DNA of 21,851 bases from Candidatus Heimdallarchaeota archaeon (GCA_046761065.1 JBHIFL010000068.1:1-21851); one strand, 5' to 3'. Shown: positions 1 to 9,292, numbered from the stretch's first letter. The notes: generated by a model not told the origin, from the sequence alone. Numbers and translations: made by a program.

Positions 1-320
1 TCTAAGAGGTTATATTCTAATGCGAGGAGAATAGTCCTTCAATCTGCATACTTATTTAAACCGAAACATAACATCTTTTTCTTAGGTAAGTTTCTCCGGA
101 CATTTTAATTGAATTAAGATATGGTTGTTGATTCAGAACTATTTTTATGCTTTGGAAAGCTTAACAAACATTGATCACAAGTTTACAAACTGTGGAAAAG
201 CTTTAAAGAGATTAACCTGGGATAGATCAGATATATTATCATCATGCGTGAAGGGAGGATTAAAGCAAATTTGAAATAATAAAGATGTTAACTTTCTGAC
301 AAAGGTGGAGTTGAATAAAA

Positions 321-590
321 GTGTCGAATAAAGTAACCTTGAATCAAATAAAGCAACTAGTGGCTCAACTGACACCACAAGAGCAAATAAAATTAATCGC
401 ACTTATCTGTCAGCGATTAAGTGAACTAACATTGCCAGAAACGACAGAGGAACGTTGGAAGCTGGATTATGCCACCCGAGTGGAAGCGTATTTGAAACTG
501 AGTGAAGAAATGGCAGCCACGACAGTTAACGATGTGGACTCTGTCCAAGACATCCGCCAAGCACGTGAAGAGAGGACATCACGACTATGA
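321..590 (+). CDS. Putative antitoxin upstream of a PIN/VapC toxin (89 aa)
   Basis: Small helical protein (VTLNQIKQLVAQLTPQEQIKLI...DSVQDIRQAREER). GTG start preceded by AGGTGGAG. Its TGA overlaps the ATG of the PIN gene (ATGA at 587-590). The acidic/Arg C-terminus is typical of VapB-like partners. Confidence 0.65.
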   Translation: MSNKVTLNQIKQLVAQLTPQEQIKLIALICQRLSELTLPETTEERWKLDYATRVEAYLKLSEEMAATTVNDVDSVQDIRQAREERTSRL

Positions 591-1019
591 CCGAGCGATG
601 CGTTGATGCCAGTATAGCTTGTCAAATGGGCCGTCAAGGGAGAACCATTCCGCCTACAAGCCCTTACATTTCTTAGAGATGCTGGCGTAAGCGGTATTAG
701 ACTTATTGCGCCGCCACTTTTTACTAGTGAGGCCGATAGTGCCATTTGTAAACGAGTTTTTGATGGGAGAATGACAACTGACGAAGCCCGGAATGCATTT
801 ACAATTTTAGATGCTGCACCTGTAGAGATCGTAGAACTACCTGGTGTACGTCAACGTGCGCGTGAGATTACTAAACAGTTCAATCAACGATATGTTTACG
901 ATGTAACATATGCTGCTCTTGCCGAGTCACTCGGTTGTGAGTTCTGGACTGCAGATAAGACATTTTATGATGCAGTGAAGACTGTGTTAACATTTGTGAA
1001 ATATTTACCTGAATATTAA
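587..1019 (+). pseudogene. vapC: PIN-domain (VapC-like) toxin with a +1 frameshift near 617-620
   Basis: ATG587 reads MTERCVDASIA and then stops at TAG 674-676. Removing one base in ATAGCTTGTC restores VKWAVKGEPFRLQALTFL...APPLFTSEADSAI..., in frame with ORF 771-1019 (YDVTYAALAESLGCEFWTAD). Together these give the PIN acidic motifs VDAS, E, YD and TAD. Confidence 0.85.
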
Positions 1020-1186
1020 TAAGATGGGAAGAACGCGCCTTATCCTTTTTAGAGCGCCTCAAAGCTCCTTGCCAGTCCTATGTTAATATCTTTATATGGT
1101 AAGACCTGTATGGAATCGTCAAATTATTTATTTTGGCTTATATTAAAAGTTAGACTATGATCGAATAGAACCAATCAATTGTTTAG

Positions 1187-1328
1187 GTGGGTTGAGATAA
1201 TCTCACTCATATAATTGTAAGACTCAACTGAGCTTGTTAGTCTCAACCGAGCAAGTTGGGTTTAAGGAGGTTGGCCAGGCCTCCTATAGCTATATTTAAT
1301 ATTTATAACCGCGCACACACACGCGCGT
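1187..1328 (+). repeat. Cluster of three hairpins / short direct and inverted repeats followed by an AT-rich tract and CGCGCACACACACGCGCG
   Basis: Stems: GTGGGTTGAGA/TCTCACTCAT (1187-1210), CTCAACT...AGTTGGG with inner GCTTGTT/AACCGAGC (1223-1260), AGGAGGTT/GGCCTCCT (1265-1285). Direct repeat CTCAACYGAGC at 1223 and 1242. Confidence 0.45.
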
Positions 1329-1795
1329 AAACTCCTTTGTCAAGTTCCTTAGAGCGCCCTATATCAGAAAAAAAGAAGTCCAACATACCTAAGGGGGAAT
1401 TTAGAGGGACACTTTTTTAGGGATATAGGAAACCCTTTGGAAATAAAAGAATCCAACAAAATGTTTCTCCAAGCTCTTTTGGTACCCTCAATTGGAAAAA
1501 ACGATGTTCTCAAAGGATTAATATTCTCTAAATCTCCGTAATTACACCTGCCGAGCTCTCAATCGCTACAACACCTATTGCGATACTGAACGTGGCCCTA
1601 AGATCGGATATGGCATCATTATTCCTAATACGAACCAAATTTTCTGTGGGATAATCATAAAGGCAAAAGTAGCTGAATGAATAGCGAAAAAATTGATATA
1701 TTAAGTAGTGACATATATTTAATATTTTTCATGAGATATTGAAAACGCATGTTGCCACTTTCTAAAAGCCTCGAAAACGCATTCATGGTGGTCAG

Positions 1796-2482
1796 ATGTT
1801 CATTAGGCATCGCAGATCGCTTCGAACTCCTGTAAATGTGGTCTTTGTTATTTTTATCTTATGTTTCGGGGTTCTCTGTATGACAATTCCCCAAAAACTT
1901 CAGTTCCAAGGAACCCGCAACCAAGTGGTCCCTAAGAAACTAGGATCTCGCTTACGATCACCACTCTTGCCAAATATCTACAAGGACGAAAAGATTCCCG
2001 TAGTGGTTGAATTTGAAGACCCATTGACTCCAATGGATCTAATTGAACTTGAAAGAATCGGAATAACATTTCGGAGGGTGGGATCCATAATTCTTCATAG
2101 TGGGGGGATTTACACTGCAAGGGTCCCTGCTGCGTTCCTTGAGGAATCGAGTTTTCTTAACCGAGTGGAGCGGATTGAATATGCGGGGAGACGCCTCCAT
2201 CCCCAACTAGATGATTCGGTTCCTCACACCAAGGCTTCTCGGGCCTGGACCCTCCTTCGGGATGATATCCCACTTACCGGCCAGGGTATCGTCATTGGGA
2301 TTATTGATACTGGAATCGACTGGAAACATCCTGACTTCTATTTTACAGATGGTTCTGCGGTCAACGTCAAATGGGGATCTGATGATGGCTGGTATTTTGC
2401 AGATTTGAATGAGGACGGTGGGTTTCAATCAACTGTCCCCTTCTTGGGTGTCAGTCTGTGGTTGGTTGCCAAACTACTCTAA
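1796..2482 (+). pseudogene. Truncated subtilisin-like (S8) serine protease: N-terminal hydrophobic anchor/signal, pro-domain and catalytic-Asp region only
   Basis: Hydrophobic VVFVIFILCFGVLCMTI, I9-like pro-region and TGQGIVIGIIDTGIDWKHPDF (S8 Asp motif). No HGT (His) or GTSMA (Ser) motif follows. The sequence turns unrelated at about 2428 and the convergent VIT1 gene ends 170 bp after the stop. Confidence 0.8.
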
Positions 2483-2651
2483 AGGTTTACGATTATGGTC
2501 AACTTTTACTTCCAGCTTTTTTAATGCTGTTTGAATGGTTCTATGAAGTGTTATTGTGTCTTATCCTTTCGAGACAAACACTGGAGTGTTGTGCAGTTCT
2601 TACATCTTTTTGTGATCAGGGTTGAAGCCTTTTTCAGTTGGGAAGGTTCCT

Positions 2652-3239
2652 TTAGTGAGCAACAGCCCCAATGACAAGGCAAAAGAGCGCAGTGATTATC
2701 CCTGCAAAGACCAGTCTAACTCCTGTTGTCCACTTATTCAACTTTCCAATTTTTGCTAGAAAGACTCCGAGAAAGAACAAGAATGTCATCGTGACCCCGA
2801 CCGAGATTTGGAAGGCAGCCTTGATTGATAGTGGTGGAACCATTAAAAACGAGAGAACTGGTAACAGTGCGGCAGGAACGGGGGCAAAACCATGAACGAA
2901 TGCCCCCCAGATGACCGCAAACTGCGAAGCCTTCTCATGGAGCGTGTTTTCCATGGATCGCATAACAGCCTTTTCAAGGCGGAACAACTCTTGGCGCTGC
3001 ACTACCCGCTCCGCTTCATAAGCGCCCCACGCGGAGGAAAGACCTAGAGCGATTGTTGCTCCAATTGCAGCGGGAATAATGAAGGAAGGCGAGAGACTTC
3101 CTGCGAAGTAGCTCGCAAGAACCATTCCAAGGACTGTCAAGGCTCCATCGAATGCACCGATTACAAAATATCTTTGACAGAGCTGGCCTGTATCTGTCAG
3201 GTAGATATATTGCTTTAATTTGTCAAAAATCTTAGGCAA
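2652..3239 (-). CDS. VIT1/CCC1 family (TIGR00267-type) metal transporter
   Basis: RYFVIGAFDGALTVLG motif, SSAWGAYEAER, acidic linker ELFRLEKAV, HGFAP motif and about 5 TM segments. Confidence 0.9.
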   Translation of the reverse strand: MPKIFDKLKQYIYLTDTGQLCQRYFVIGAFDGALTVLGMVLASYFAGSLSPSFIIPAAIGATIALGLSSAWGAYEAERVVQRQELFRLEKAVMRSMENTLHEKASQFAVIWGAFVHGFAPVPAALLPVLSFLMVPPLSIKAAFQISVGVTMTFLFFLGVFLAKIGKLNKWTTGVRLVFAGIITALFCLVIGAVAH

Positions 3240-3582
3240 TTGACAAATGCCTCACATTTGAATGCAAGCTCTCAATATGTATTAGATAAATTTAATTTTG
3301 ACTTTCTCAAAAAAGTTTTCGATTTTTAATGAAAAAAAGATCGGTACTTCTGAAATTAGTCGGATACGAGAAAATTTTCAGGTGATAGTGCGTTGAGGTG
3401 TTCTCCAGCTCACAGAAACATATAACCCAGAGTAAAGCATTGATCGCATCTTTCCCTTTCCGTATGGTTTTCATGGAATCTATCACATTCATTTCAAGTT
3501 CAATTGTCATGTTTTTGTAAAAGAATAGATTATATAGGTCTACCTCTATAATGGTCAGGTAGCATTCAATGGGGTTTTCAAT

Positions 3583-5178
3583 TTGTCTGAAGAACCAATC
3601 GATCTATCTGAAGAACTATTCCGATTTCTTAATGTGGAAGATCCTGGTCGGGCTGTCGCAAAAGCGTTAGAGATGTTTGCCGCCTATCAAGATCAAGGAC
3701 GCGAGACTGAAGCCCTTGAAACCGCACGAAAGGCCGTAATGTTACTAGATACGCATGTGTCAAAACTCTCGTCCGGACGGGAATTCAAGAAAGCCTCCCA
3801 GCAGATGATTGCGGCAGCAAAGATCTTTCAGGATGTGTTGAAGTCCGAGCCCGATGCACACCAGGCGTATCGAAAAGCCGCAGAACTGCTTGAAAAAGCC
3901 GCGGAAGAACACCGCATCTGGGAGGATATTGACGGAGCGGCTGCTGCTATAGCCGTTTCATGTCTCGTTGGATTTCTTGGTGATAATTTCGATGTGGAAG
4001 GGAAGATCGGCGCCTTCGAAGGGAAAATCGATTTAACACGTGCAACACCGACTGTTACGACAATCTTGAAAATCCCCCGAGGGTTTGCAACAGCCATACA
4101 ACATACGAACCCGGACTGGTTCGTGTGGGCCCGTGACAGCGTCTATTCCGTTTTATTACTCAGTCCTGTAGCCAAGCCTTATGAGGAACAAATTCACTAC
4201 GCTATGACGTATGTCGAGAAAAAGATGAGTGCCCAGATAAAATTCCCAAATCTCGCTCCCCACCTTGAGATGCCTCGGGATCTTGTGTTTGGAGAGGAAT
4301 TCCAGGTTTCCATTGGCTTGATGAATGAAGGTGAAGGGGTAGCCAAGAATGTCTCTTTCTCTATCGAATTACCGGGAGAACTTCAACTGAGAGCGGGCGA
4401 GCTAACAAGCACCATGGAAACCATAAATCCCGGACAAGACATCGAACAGACCCTTATCCTGATCGCACCCTCAGGAGAGGGGCGACTCGAGATCGAAACC
4501 CAACTCAAAATGACCATTTCTTACGAGGACATTCTTGGATCAAAACGCACTCTTCCATTTGGGCCATTCCCAATTCTACTCCGCGCCTACAGGAAAGCTG
4601 ATGAGGTGCGGGAAAACATCAACAAGACCACCACCGCCCTAGAGAGCGATTTTGAAGAAATTAAGGAAGTTGAACTTACGACAGCAGCCAAGCAGGTCAT
4701 CGATACCCTTGAATCACTTGCAAGAACATTTCTTGAGAAAAGCAACGCCGAAGTCGACGCCGAGGAATTCGAGAGAGCGGAAACATATATTGAAGCCGCA
4801 AATCTTTTACATAATCAATTGACAGAGGATTTTAGAAACGCGATCAAACCCAAGGTGCTACTTGAAAACGAGATCAAGCAAGTGATCTTGAAAACTAGTG
4901 AGGCTATTGAACCATTAACCATCCAAGTGAGGGAACTCCTTACAAAATTAGCAGAAATAAGCCAGAAACTTGAGACAGTTCTTAGGAAACCAGAAGAGGA
5001 AATAGAAAGAGTTGAACCACCTCCAGCGACAACCTTTAGGACTGAGCTAAATGAAGAAGAGGAACACCCAGAACGAGACGAAGAAGACCAACCCCCCGAG
5101 CGATTTGAGGAAAATCAACCTCCAGAACGAGATGAAGAAGATCGACCCCCGTACTTCCCGGGACCGGACATTGAATAA
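3583..5178 (+). CDS. 531-aa protein: SNAP/TPR-like alpha-solenoid, CARDB/DUF11-like Ig fold, coiled coil, acidic Pro-rich tail
   Basis: N-terminal helical repeats (KKASQQMIAAAKIF, AHQAYRKAAELLEKAA). Ig-like segment GEEFQVSIGLMNEGEGVAKNVSFSIELP...INPGQ...ISYED. Heptad-rich C-terminal helices. TTG start after GGGG. Confidence 0.75.
   Translation: MSEEPIDLSEELFRFLNVEDPGRAVAKALEMFAAYQDQGRETEALETARKAVMLLDTHVSKLSSGREFKKASQQMIAAAKIFQDVLKSEPDAHQAYRKAAELLEKAAEEHRIWEDIDGAAAAIAVSCLVGFLGDNFDVEGKIGAFEGKIDLTRATPTVTTILKIPRGFATAIQHTNPDWFVWARDSVYSVLLLSPVAKPYEEQIHYAMTYVEKKMSAQIKFPNLAPHLEMPRDLVFGEEFQVSIGLMNEGEGVAKNVSFSIELPGELQLRAGELTSTMETINPGQDIEQTLILIAPSGEGRLEIETQLKMTISYEDILGSKRTLPFGPFPILLRAYRKADEVRENINKTTTALESDFEEIKEVELTTAAKQVIDTLESLARTFLEKSNAEVDAEEFERAETYIEAANLLHNQLTEDFRNAIKPKVLLENEIKQVILKTSEAIEPLTIQVRELLTKLAEISQKLETVLRKPEEEIERVEPPPATTFRTELNEEEEHPERDEEDQPPERFEENQPPERDEEDRPPYFPGPDIE
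5065..5151 (+). repeat. About 3 copies of a degenerate 27-nt tandem repeat encoding (H/P)PERxEE(D/N)(Q/R)
   Basis: HPERDEEDQ / PPERFEENQ / PPERDEEDR / PP at the end of the 531-aa ORF. Confidence 0.85.
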
Positions 5179-5626
5179 CAACCACCATACTCATCAATTC
5201 TGGACTGTAAAGATCGGAGAAAAAGAGAAACTCGTTGAATTCCAGTTTATACCTTTGACTTTACCAAACACGGAGGAAGTGAAGTTAGATCCCTTTGTTT
5301 TAAGAAGTATCATGGATCTCGTCAAGAAAGAGGACAATTATCATCTCTTTCCAGATGTCTCCACTATTGAGCCACCTGATGAACATTTTGTTCAAAAGGA
5401 TGAGGAGATCATAGTTATTCTTGCCCGAAGTATGAAGACTCTGCCCTATGGCATTTTGGTCCTCTTCAAGGGTGCATCAAGTACGTTCGTTATCAAGGCC
5501 CTTTGGCCAGAAAGCTTCTTTACTGTTTGTCAAAAAAACTCCCAACTCCTATCTGCGGCTCTTAAAGCCGTGGTAGAGCGCCCAAAGGACTTCCTTGGGG
5601 TTTCGATTTACTCCGGTTCGAAGTAG
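5171..5626 (+). CDS. Hypothetical alpha/beta protein (about 151 aa), translationally coupled to the upstream gene
   Basis: The ORF track starts at 5051, but that N-terminus is just the alternate frame of the tandem repeat. In-frame TTG at 5171 overlaps the upstream stop (5176-5178) by 8 nt. Globular composition. Confidence 0.65.
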   Translation: MNNNHHTHQFWTVKIGEKEKLVEFQFIPLTLPNTEEVKLDPFVLRSIMDLVKKEDNYHLFPDVSTIEPPDEHFVQKDEEIIVILARSMKTLPYGILVLFKGASSTFVIKALWPESFFTVCQKNSQLLSAALKAVVERPKDFLGVSIYSGSK

Positions 5627-6357
5627 TCAGAGCGGCTACCCAGAACTCTATTTTGGGAAAAGAATAGAATAGTTTTAAGATAGGAAAAAGAATAACTGCA
5701 AGAAAAAAATCTATGAGTAAGTTACCAAATAAAAGCAAACAGTCTCCTAATAGTGATTTATATACTGAAAGCAATTGTGACTGCCTTGGTCACTCAATTA
5801 ACGAAAGAAAGTGATTACTCGCTTTGGGAAGTGATTGCAAGCTGGGAACACTCCTATTGTAAATCAAACAGGTATTATCAAAAATACAACCGTGCTTACT
5901 GGGCGAACGCTGGTTTAGGAAGAGTTTACTATTCCATCGTATTAAGAAATGAATTAATTCTTAGGAACTTCTATATGACTCCTATGCTCTGGGCTTTGCT
6001 TGTAGATACTGAAGTCTTACTCGTTTTTATAATCGAGGGAACTCAATAACAGATGTTCATTTCGAAGCAGATCTTGAAGACGGCTACGAAACGACCTCGC
6101 TCATGAGATTTATTCATTTTATATCTTTCTTGTAGATCGAAGCGAAATAAATCTTTTAAATTCCAAAATATATGTAATAGGACTCCTTAGCCGCATAGAT
6201 CTCTCTGATGCCGAAGCTTCCCTAGTAAAAGACGAAGGCGTTTAGAATTTAGTTGAGGATTTTTTGATAGAAATTTTACGAAGCGGCCCATCGAGTTTGA
6301 GTTTTGTTTTTATTGATATTTATGAATTCCTAGACTTTCCGAAAGTTATCTCACAAT

Positions 6358-6745
6358 ATGCAAGAGATATGCAAAACTGAAGAGAATTGTAAGTATTATA
6401 ACCGTACTGGTGTTTGGAAACTTCAGGAGGTTTATGAATTTGGCAGCACCACCTTAGAAGCTTATCTTCACAGGTAGGAACTAAGTTATTTGGCCTTATA
6501 ATTATCCATGATATCTGGAGGAAGGACAGGAACTTATTATTTGTGATGTAGTTACTGGTGCTATTGAGGGAATACACTTTACGTTATATGATATGAAAGT
6601 TCGAAGTATCAAGGGAAAAGATCCGTTTTACGAATTAGACCAACGGACGGGGGGTATTAAGAATAATAATAGGATTCTAAGCTTCTCTTAAGATGAAACT
6701 GGGGCGACTGGGGAATTCGTAATGAAATGGGTTTTGGAGCTATAA
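6358..6745 (+). pseudogene. Decayed coding remnant of unknown family
   Basis: Protein-like fragments MQEICKTEENCKYYNRTGVWKLQEVYEFG... and YLEEGQELIICDVVTGAIEGIHFTLYDMKV...FS*DETGATGEFVMKWVLEL*, interrupted by stops and a frameshift. Confidence 0.3.
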
Positions 6746-6815
6746 ATGACTTTTCTACCATATCAAATTTTTGTTGTATAAGTTTAATGAAGTTTTTTGA
6801 AAGTTTAATTAGGGA

Positions 6816-7274
6816 TTAATCAGGATGGCTCACATTCTCTCCAACACTGTAAAGAAAGATTCGGGCGGTAGAAGGCCCCACTCGTTGAAATCTTGTACTG
6901 AGCGATTTAATCACCAGAGCATAATCCTCAGACTTGTCCAGTCCATCAAGGTATGCTTGAAACGATTCCGACTCCTTTTTGATCTTCTGGAATTCTTGTG
7001 CATTGAATATTGTAGCTTCAATCTTTTTTCTATTGCGTACGATGCCTTTGTCATTCATTAACCGTTCTAAATCACTAACATCGAACTTAGCTACCTTGTC
7101 AATGGAAAAGTTCGCAAACGCTTTCTGAAAGTTCGGCCATTTCTTGCTGATCATCTTCCAGCTTAAGCCAGCTTGAAAGATCGTGCGTGTTAGGTTTTCA
7201 AAATATGCATCATCATTTGGTGGTCGAGTCTCTCGGTACATCCAGCTTGGAGGTTGCCAAGTTGATTCATTCAT
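6816..7274 (-). CDS. tag: DNA-3-methyladenine glycosylase I (short form)
   Basis: DDAYFENL, FQAGLSW, AFANF, GIVRNRKKIEATIFNA and FQRVGPST are Tag family motifs. ATG at 7274 is preferred over the upstream TTG at 7301. Confidence 0.9.
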   Translation of the reverse strand: MNESTWQPPSWMYRETRPPNDDAYFENLTRTIFQAGLSWKMISKKWPNFQKAFANFSIDKVAKFDVSDLERLMNDKGIVRNRKKIEATIFNAQEFQKIKKESESFQAYLDGLDKSEDYALVIKSLSTRFQRVGPSTARIFLYSVGENVSHPD

Positions 7275-7369
7275 AGTTCGTCTCCAAAATTTAATCACCA
7301 AGTGAATTATTTATTTCTTGCGGACTAATTGACGATAAAACATGAGAATTGTCGGTATTCTGTCGAAAA

Positions 7370-7456
7370 ATGCTGTTTATCATCCTATCAAAGATTAAAT
7401 GTACGGTTTGCCGATCTTTTAATACTAAAAGAGATCCCAATTGTTCTAAGCGTTGA
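7370..7456 (+). pseudogene. Decayed zinc-ribbon remnant
   Basis: Reads MLFIILSKIKCTVCRSFNTKRDPNCSKR*. CxxC-x10-Cxx spacing is identical to the downstream gene, and CGT TGA is one substitution per codon from TGT GGA (Cys-Gly). Confidence 0.35.
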
Positions 7457-7650
7457 ATCTTGACCCTGAAGAAGAATTTGATGGTTATTTAATAATTTAC
7501 ACTGTATAATCGTTCATGCTTATGAAATAAATATGTTGAAACTTCATAACTCTATAATAATCTATGTAGATTACTGAGAAAAAATTTAACTTATGTAAAT
7601 AGAAATATTATACTTGAAAAGAAAATTCTTATCGAGTGTGTGTATGTAAA

Positions 7651-7995
7651 ATGGTAAGTTGTGCGGTTTGTGGGCAAGAAAATGTAGACAAAGCGAAATT
7701 TTGTCGTTATTGTGGTACTACAATAATTCCAAGCTCGTACTCAGAGCCACGAGTACCCTATCAACGGGCATCATATCCTAGAGTAAAAGCATCTGTTGGC
7801 TTTGGAAGTCGAAGGACTGGGGAAGATCTCGTAATACAATGTAGTTTGTGTGGGGGACAGGATTTTGCTCAAGATTATGGCCGTTTCGACAGCAAATGGG
7901 GTTTCACCTCATTTAAAGTTATTATACTGACCTGTAAAAGCTGTGGACATATAGAACTCTTTATGAAGGGTCGAACAATCTTTGACTTCGATTAA
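7651..7995 (+). CDS. Protein with two zinc ribbons
   Basis: CAVC-x10-CRYCG at the N-terminus, a low-complexity linker, and CSLC...CKSCGHIELF at the C-terminus. ATG 7651 is preferred over GTG 7636. Confidence 0.85.
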   Translation: MVSCAVCGQENVDKAKFCRYCGTTIIPSSYSEPRVPYQRASYPRVKASVGFGSRRTGEDLVIQCSLCGGQDFAQDYGRFDSKWGFTSFKVIILTCKSCGHIELFMKGRTIFDFD

Positions 7996-8241
7996 AACAC
8001 ATATTAAATAAAATTAATTTGTTATTTTATCTCTAGATCATGCCTTGGGTTGTTCTTACCTTTTAAAGAACAATATATCCTTTTTCTTTTTGCCAATACA
8101 TTGTTTCTCCAATGACTAGAAGAGCCTTTCTGTCATCCAAACAATCTATTGTACCCATCACAGCATAAATATGACCAAAAACATACATAATTGTAGATTT
8201 ATCCGAATTACATACCTACGAAATAAAGAAAGCTGATATAC

Positions 8242-8841
8242 TTGCCTAGTGATTCAGAAGATTCCCAAAATCTTCTTCTTCTATTTGGCAGTAGAGCTAT
8301 TGACGAAGCAACTGCGGAAAGTGACCAAGATCTCTTAAGAATAGTACATGTTGAAACGAAACAAAAGATACAGGAGCTCCCAGCAAGTATTTCTAGATTA
8401 AAACGTGTCTCACTAGACGAGTTACCCTATAATATCGTCAAAGAAGGGCTAACTATCGGAGCGCCAGATATTTTATTTATTTTTGCGCAATGTCAGGTGT
8501 TGGAAGGCCATGACATTTTTCAAAAGCTTCTAAGGATAGATCAAGGGATAACTTCCCTTTCAGTCAGTCTATCCCTTCAAAAAGCCCAAAAAACTATCAA
8601 CTTTTGTGAAGAGTTGCTTTATGACGAGTTTGGAAGGTTAACAGCTCACCAATTAGCTGTAGCATGGTTTTGGGTTCTGGCAACAGCTAGGTTTGCAGTA
8701 GGAATGATCCCAAGATCTAAAAAGCAGCTATTTCACTTTGGTGAAGAGGAATTCACAATTTCTGAACAAAAAATGCTTGAATATTCATCATACGTGTCAG
8801 TAGATCTTTATGAGCCTCCTCATGAAGAAGTACGGGAGTAA
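8242..8841 (+). CDS. Minimal nucleotidyltransferase (MNT) domain protein with C-terminal helical extension; probable antitoxin
   Basis: LLLLFGSRA-x7-SDQDLL is the Pol-beta superfamily GS...DxD motif. It lies 3 bp upstream of a HEPN gene. Confidence 0.8.
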   Translation: MPSDSEDSQNLLLLFGSRAIDEATAESDQDLLRIVHVETKQKIQELPASISRLKRVSLDELPYNIVKEGLTIGAPDILFIFAQCQVLEGHDIFQKLLRIDQGITSLSVSLSLQKAQKTINFCEELLYDEFGRLTAHQLAVAWFWVLATARFAVGMIPRSKKQLFHFGEEEFTISEQKMLEYSSYVSVDLYEPPHEEVRE

Positions 8842-8844
8842 CTA

Positions 8845-9240
8845 TTGAAAGTTAAGGAAATTCTTAGGGCAGTGATTAAGACGACATACGAAAATTATCT
8901 CAGTAAAGCAAACAAATTTTTTGAAAAGACGCATGATTTATTTGCGAGGGGAGATTTTGATTTGTCGATTTTGGCAGCTCATGCTACCATAGAATTGGTA
9001 GTGAAAGGGTTTTTATTAAAAAAGGTCCAGAAGGCACCCCTCTATCTATTACAAGCATTAGAAGAAAAAGAACTTCATGCTGCACTGGAAGAATCCCTGA
9101 CCAAACATCATTTCAACAAATTACGGGAGATTAATAAAAAACGAACTCAAGTCTATCATACAACCTACTTTGCGAATGAAGAGGACGCGAAAAGAGCCAT
9201 AACCCTTGCTGAAACTCTTCTGAACATTCTCAGCTCATAA
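8845..9240 (+). CDS. HEPN domain protein; probable RNase toxin
   Basis: GDFDLSILAAHATIELVVKG helix, RTQVYH (R-x4-H) motif, and EEDAKRAITLAE C-terminal helix. Confidence 0.85.
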   Translation: MKVKEILRAVIKTTYENYLSKANKFFEKTHDLFARGDFDLSILAAHATIELVVKGFLLKKVQKAPLYLLQALEEKELHAALEESLTKHHFNKLREINKKRTQVYHTTYFANEEDAKRAITLAETLLNILSS

Positions 9241-9292
9241 CACAAAATTCCAAACCACAATATAATAGTTTAAAATCTAAATCGAATTTGCT

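Noticed and set aside
1222-1261. Integron attC-like ends ACTCAAC (RYYYAAC) ... GTTGGGT (GTTRRRY)
   Set aside because: The span is only 40 bp, below the roughly 57 bp minimum for attC. There is no array of such sites and no integrase.
5065-5151. CRISPR-like repeat
   Set aside because: The repeats are contiguous, in-frame and degenerate at synonymous sites, with no spacers.
5051-5170. N-terminal 40 aa of the 191-aa ORF
   Set aside because: It is the alternate reading of the upstream gene's tandem repeat. The TTG at 5171 is the more plausible start.
5753-6049. 98-aa ORF
   Set aside because: No recognisable motif, and it lies in a decayed region. It may be part of a pseudogene but cannot be supported as a gene.
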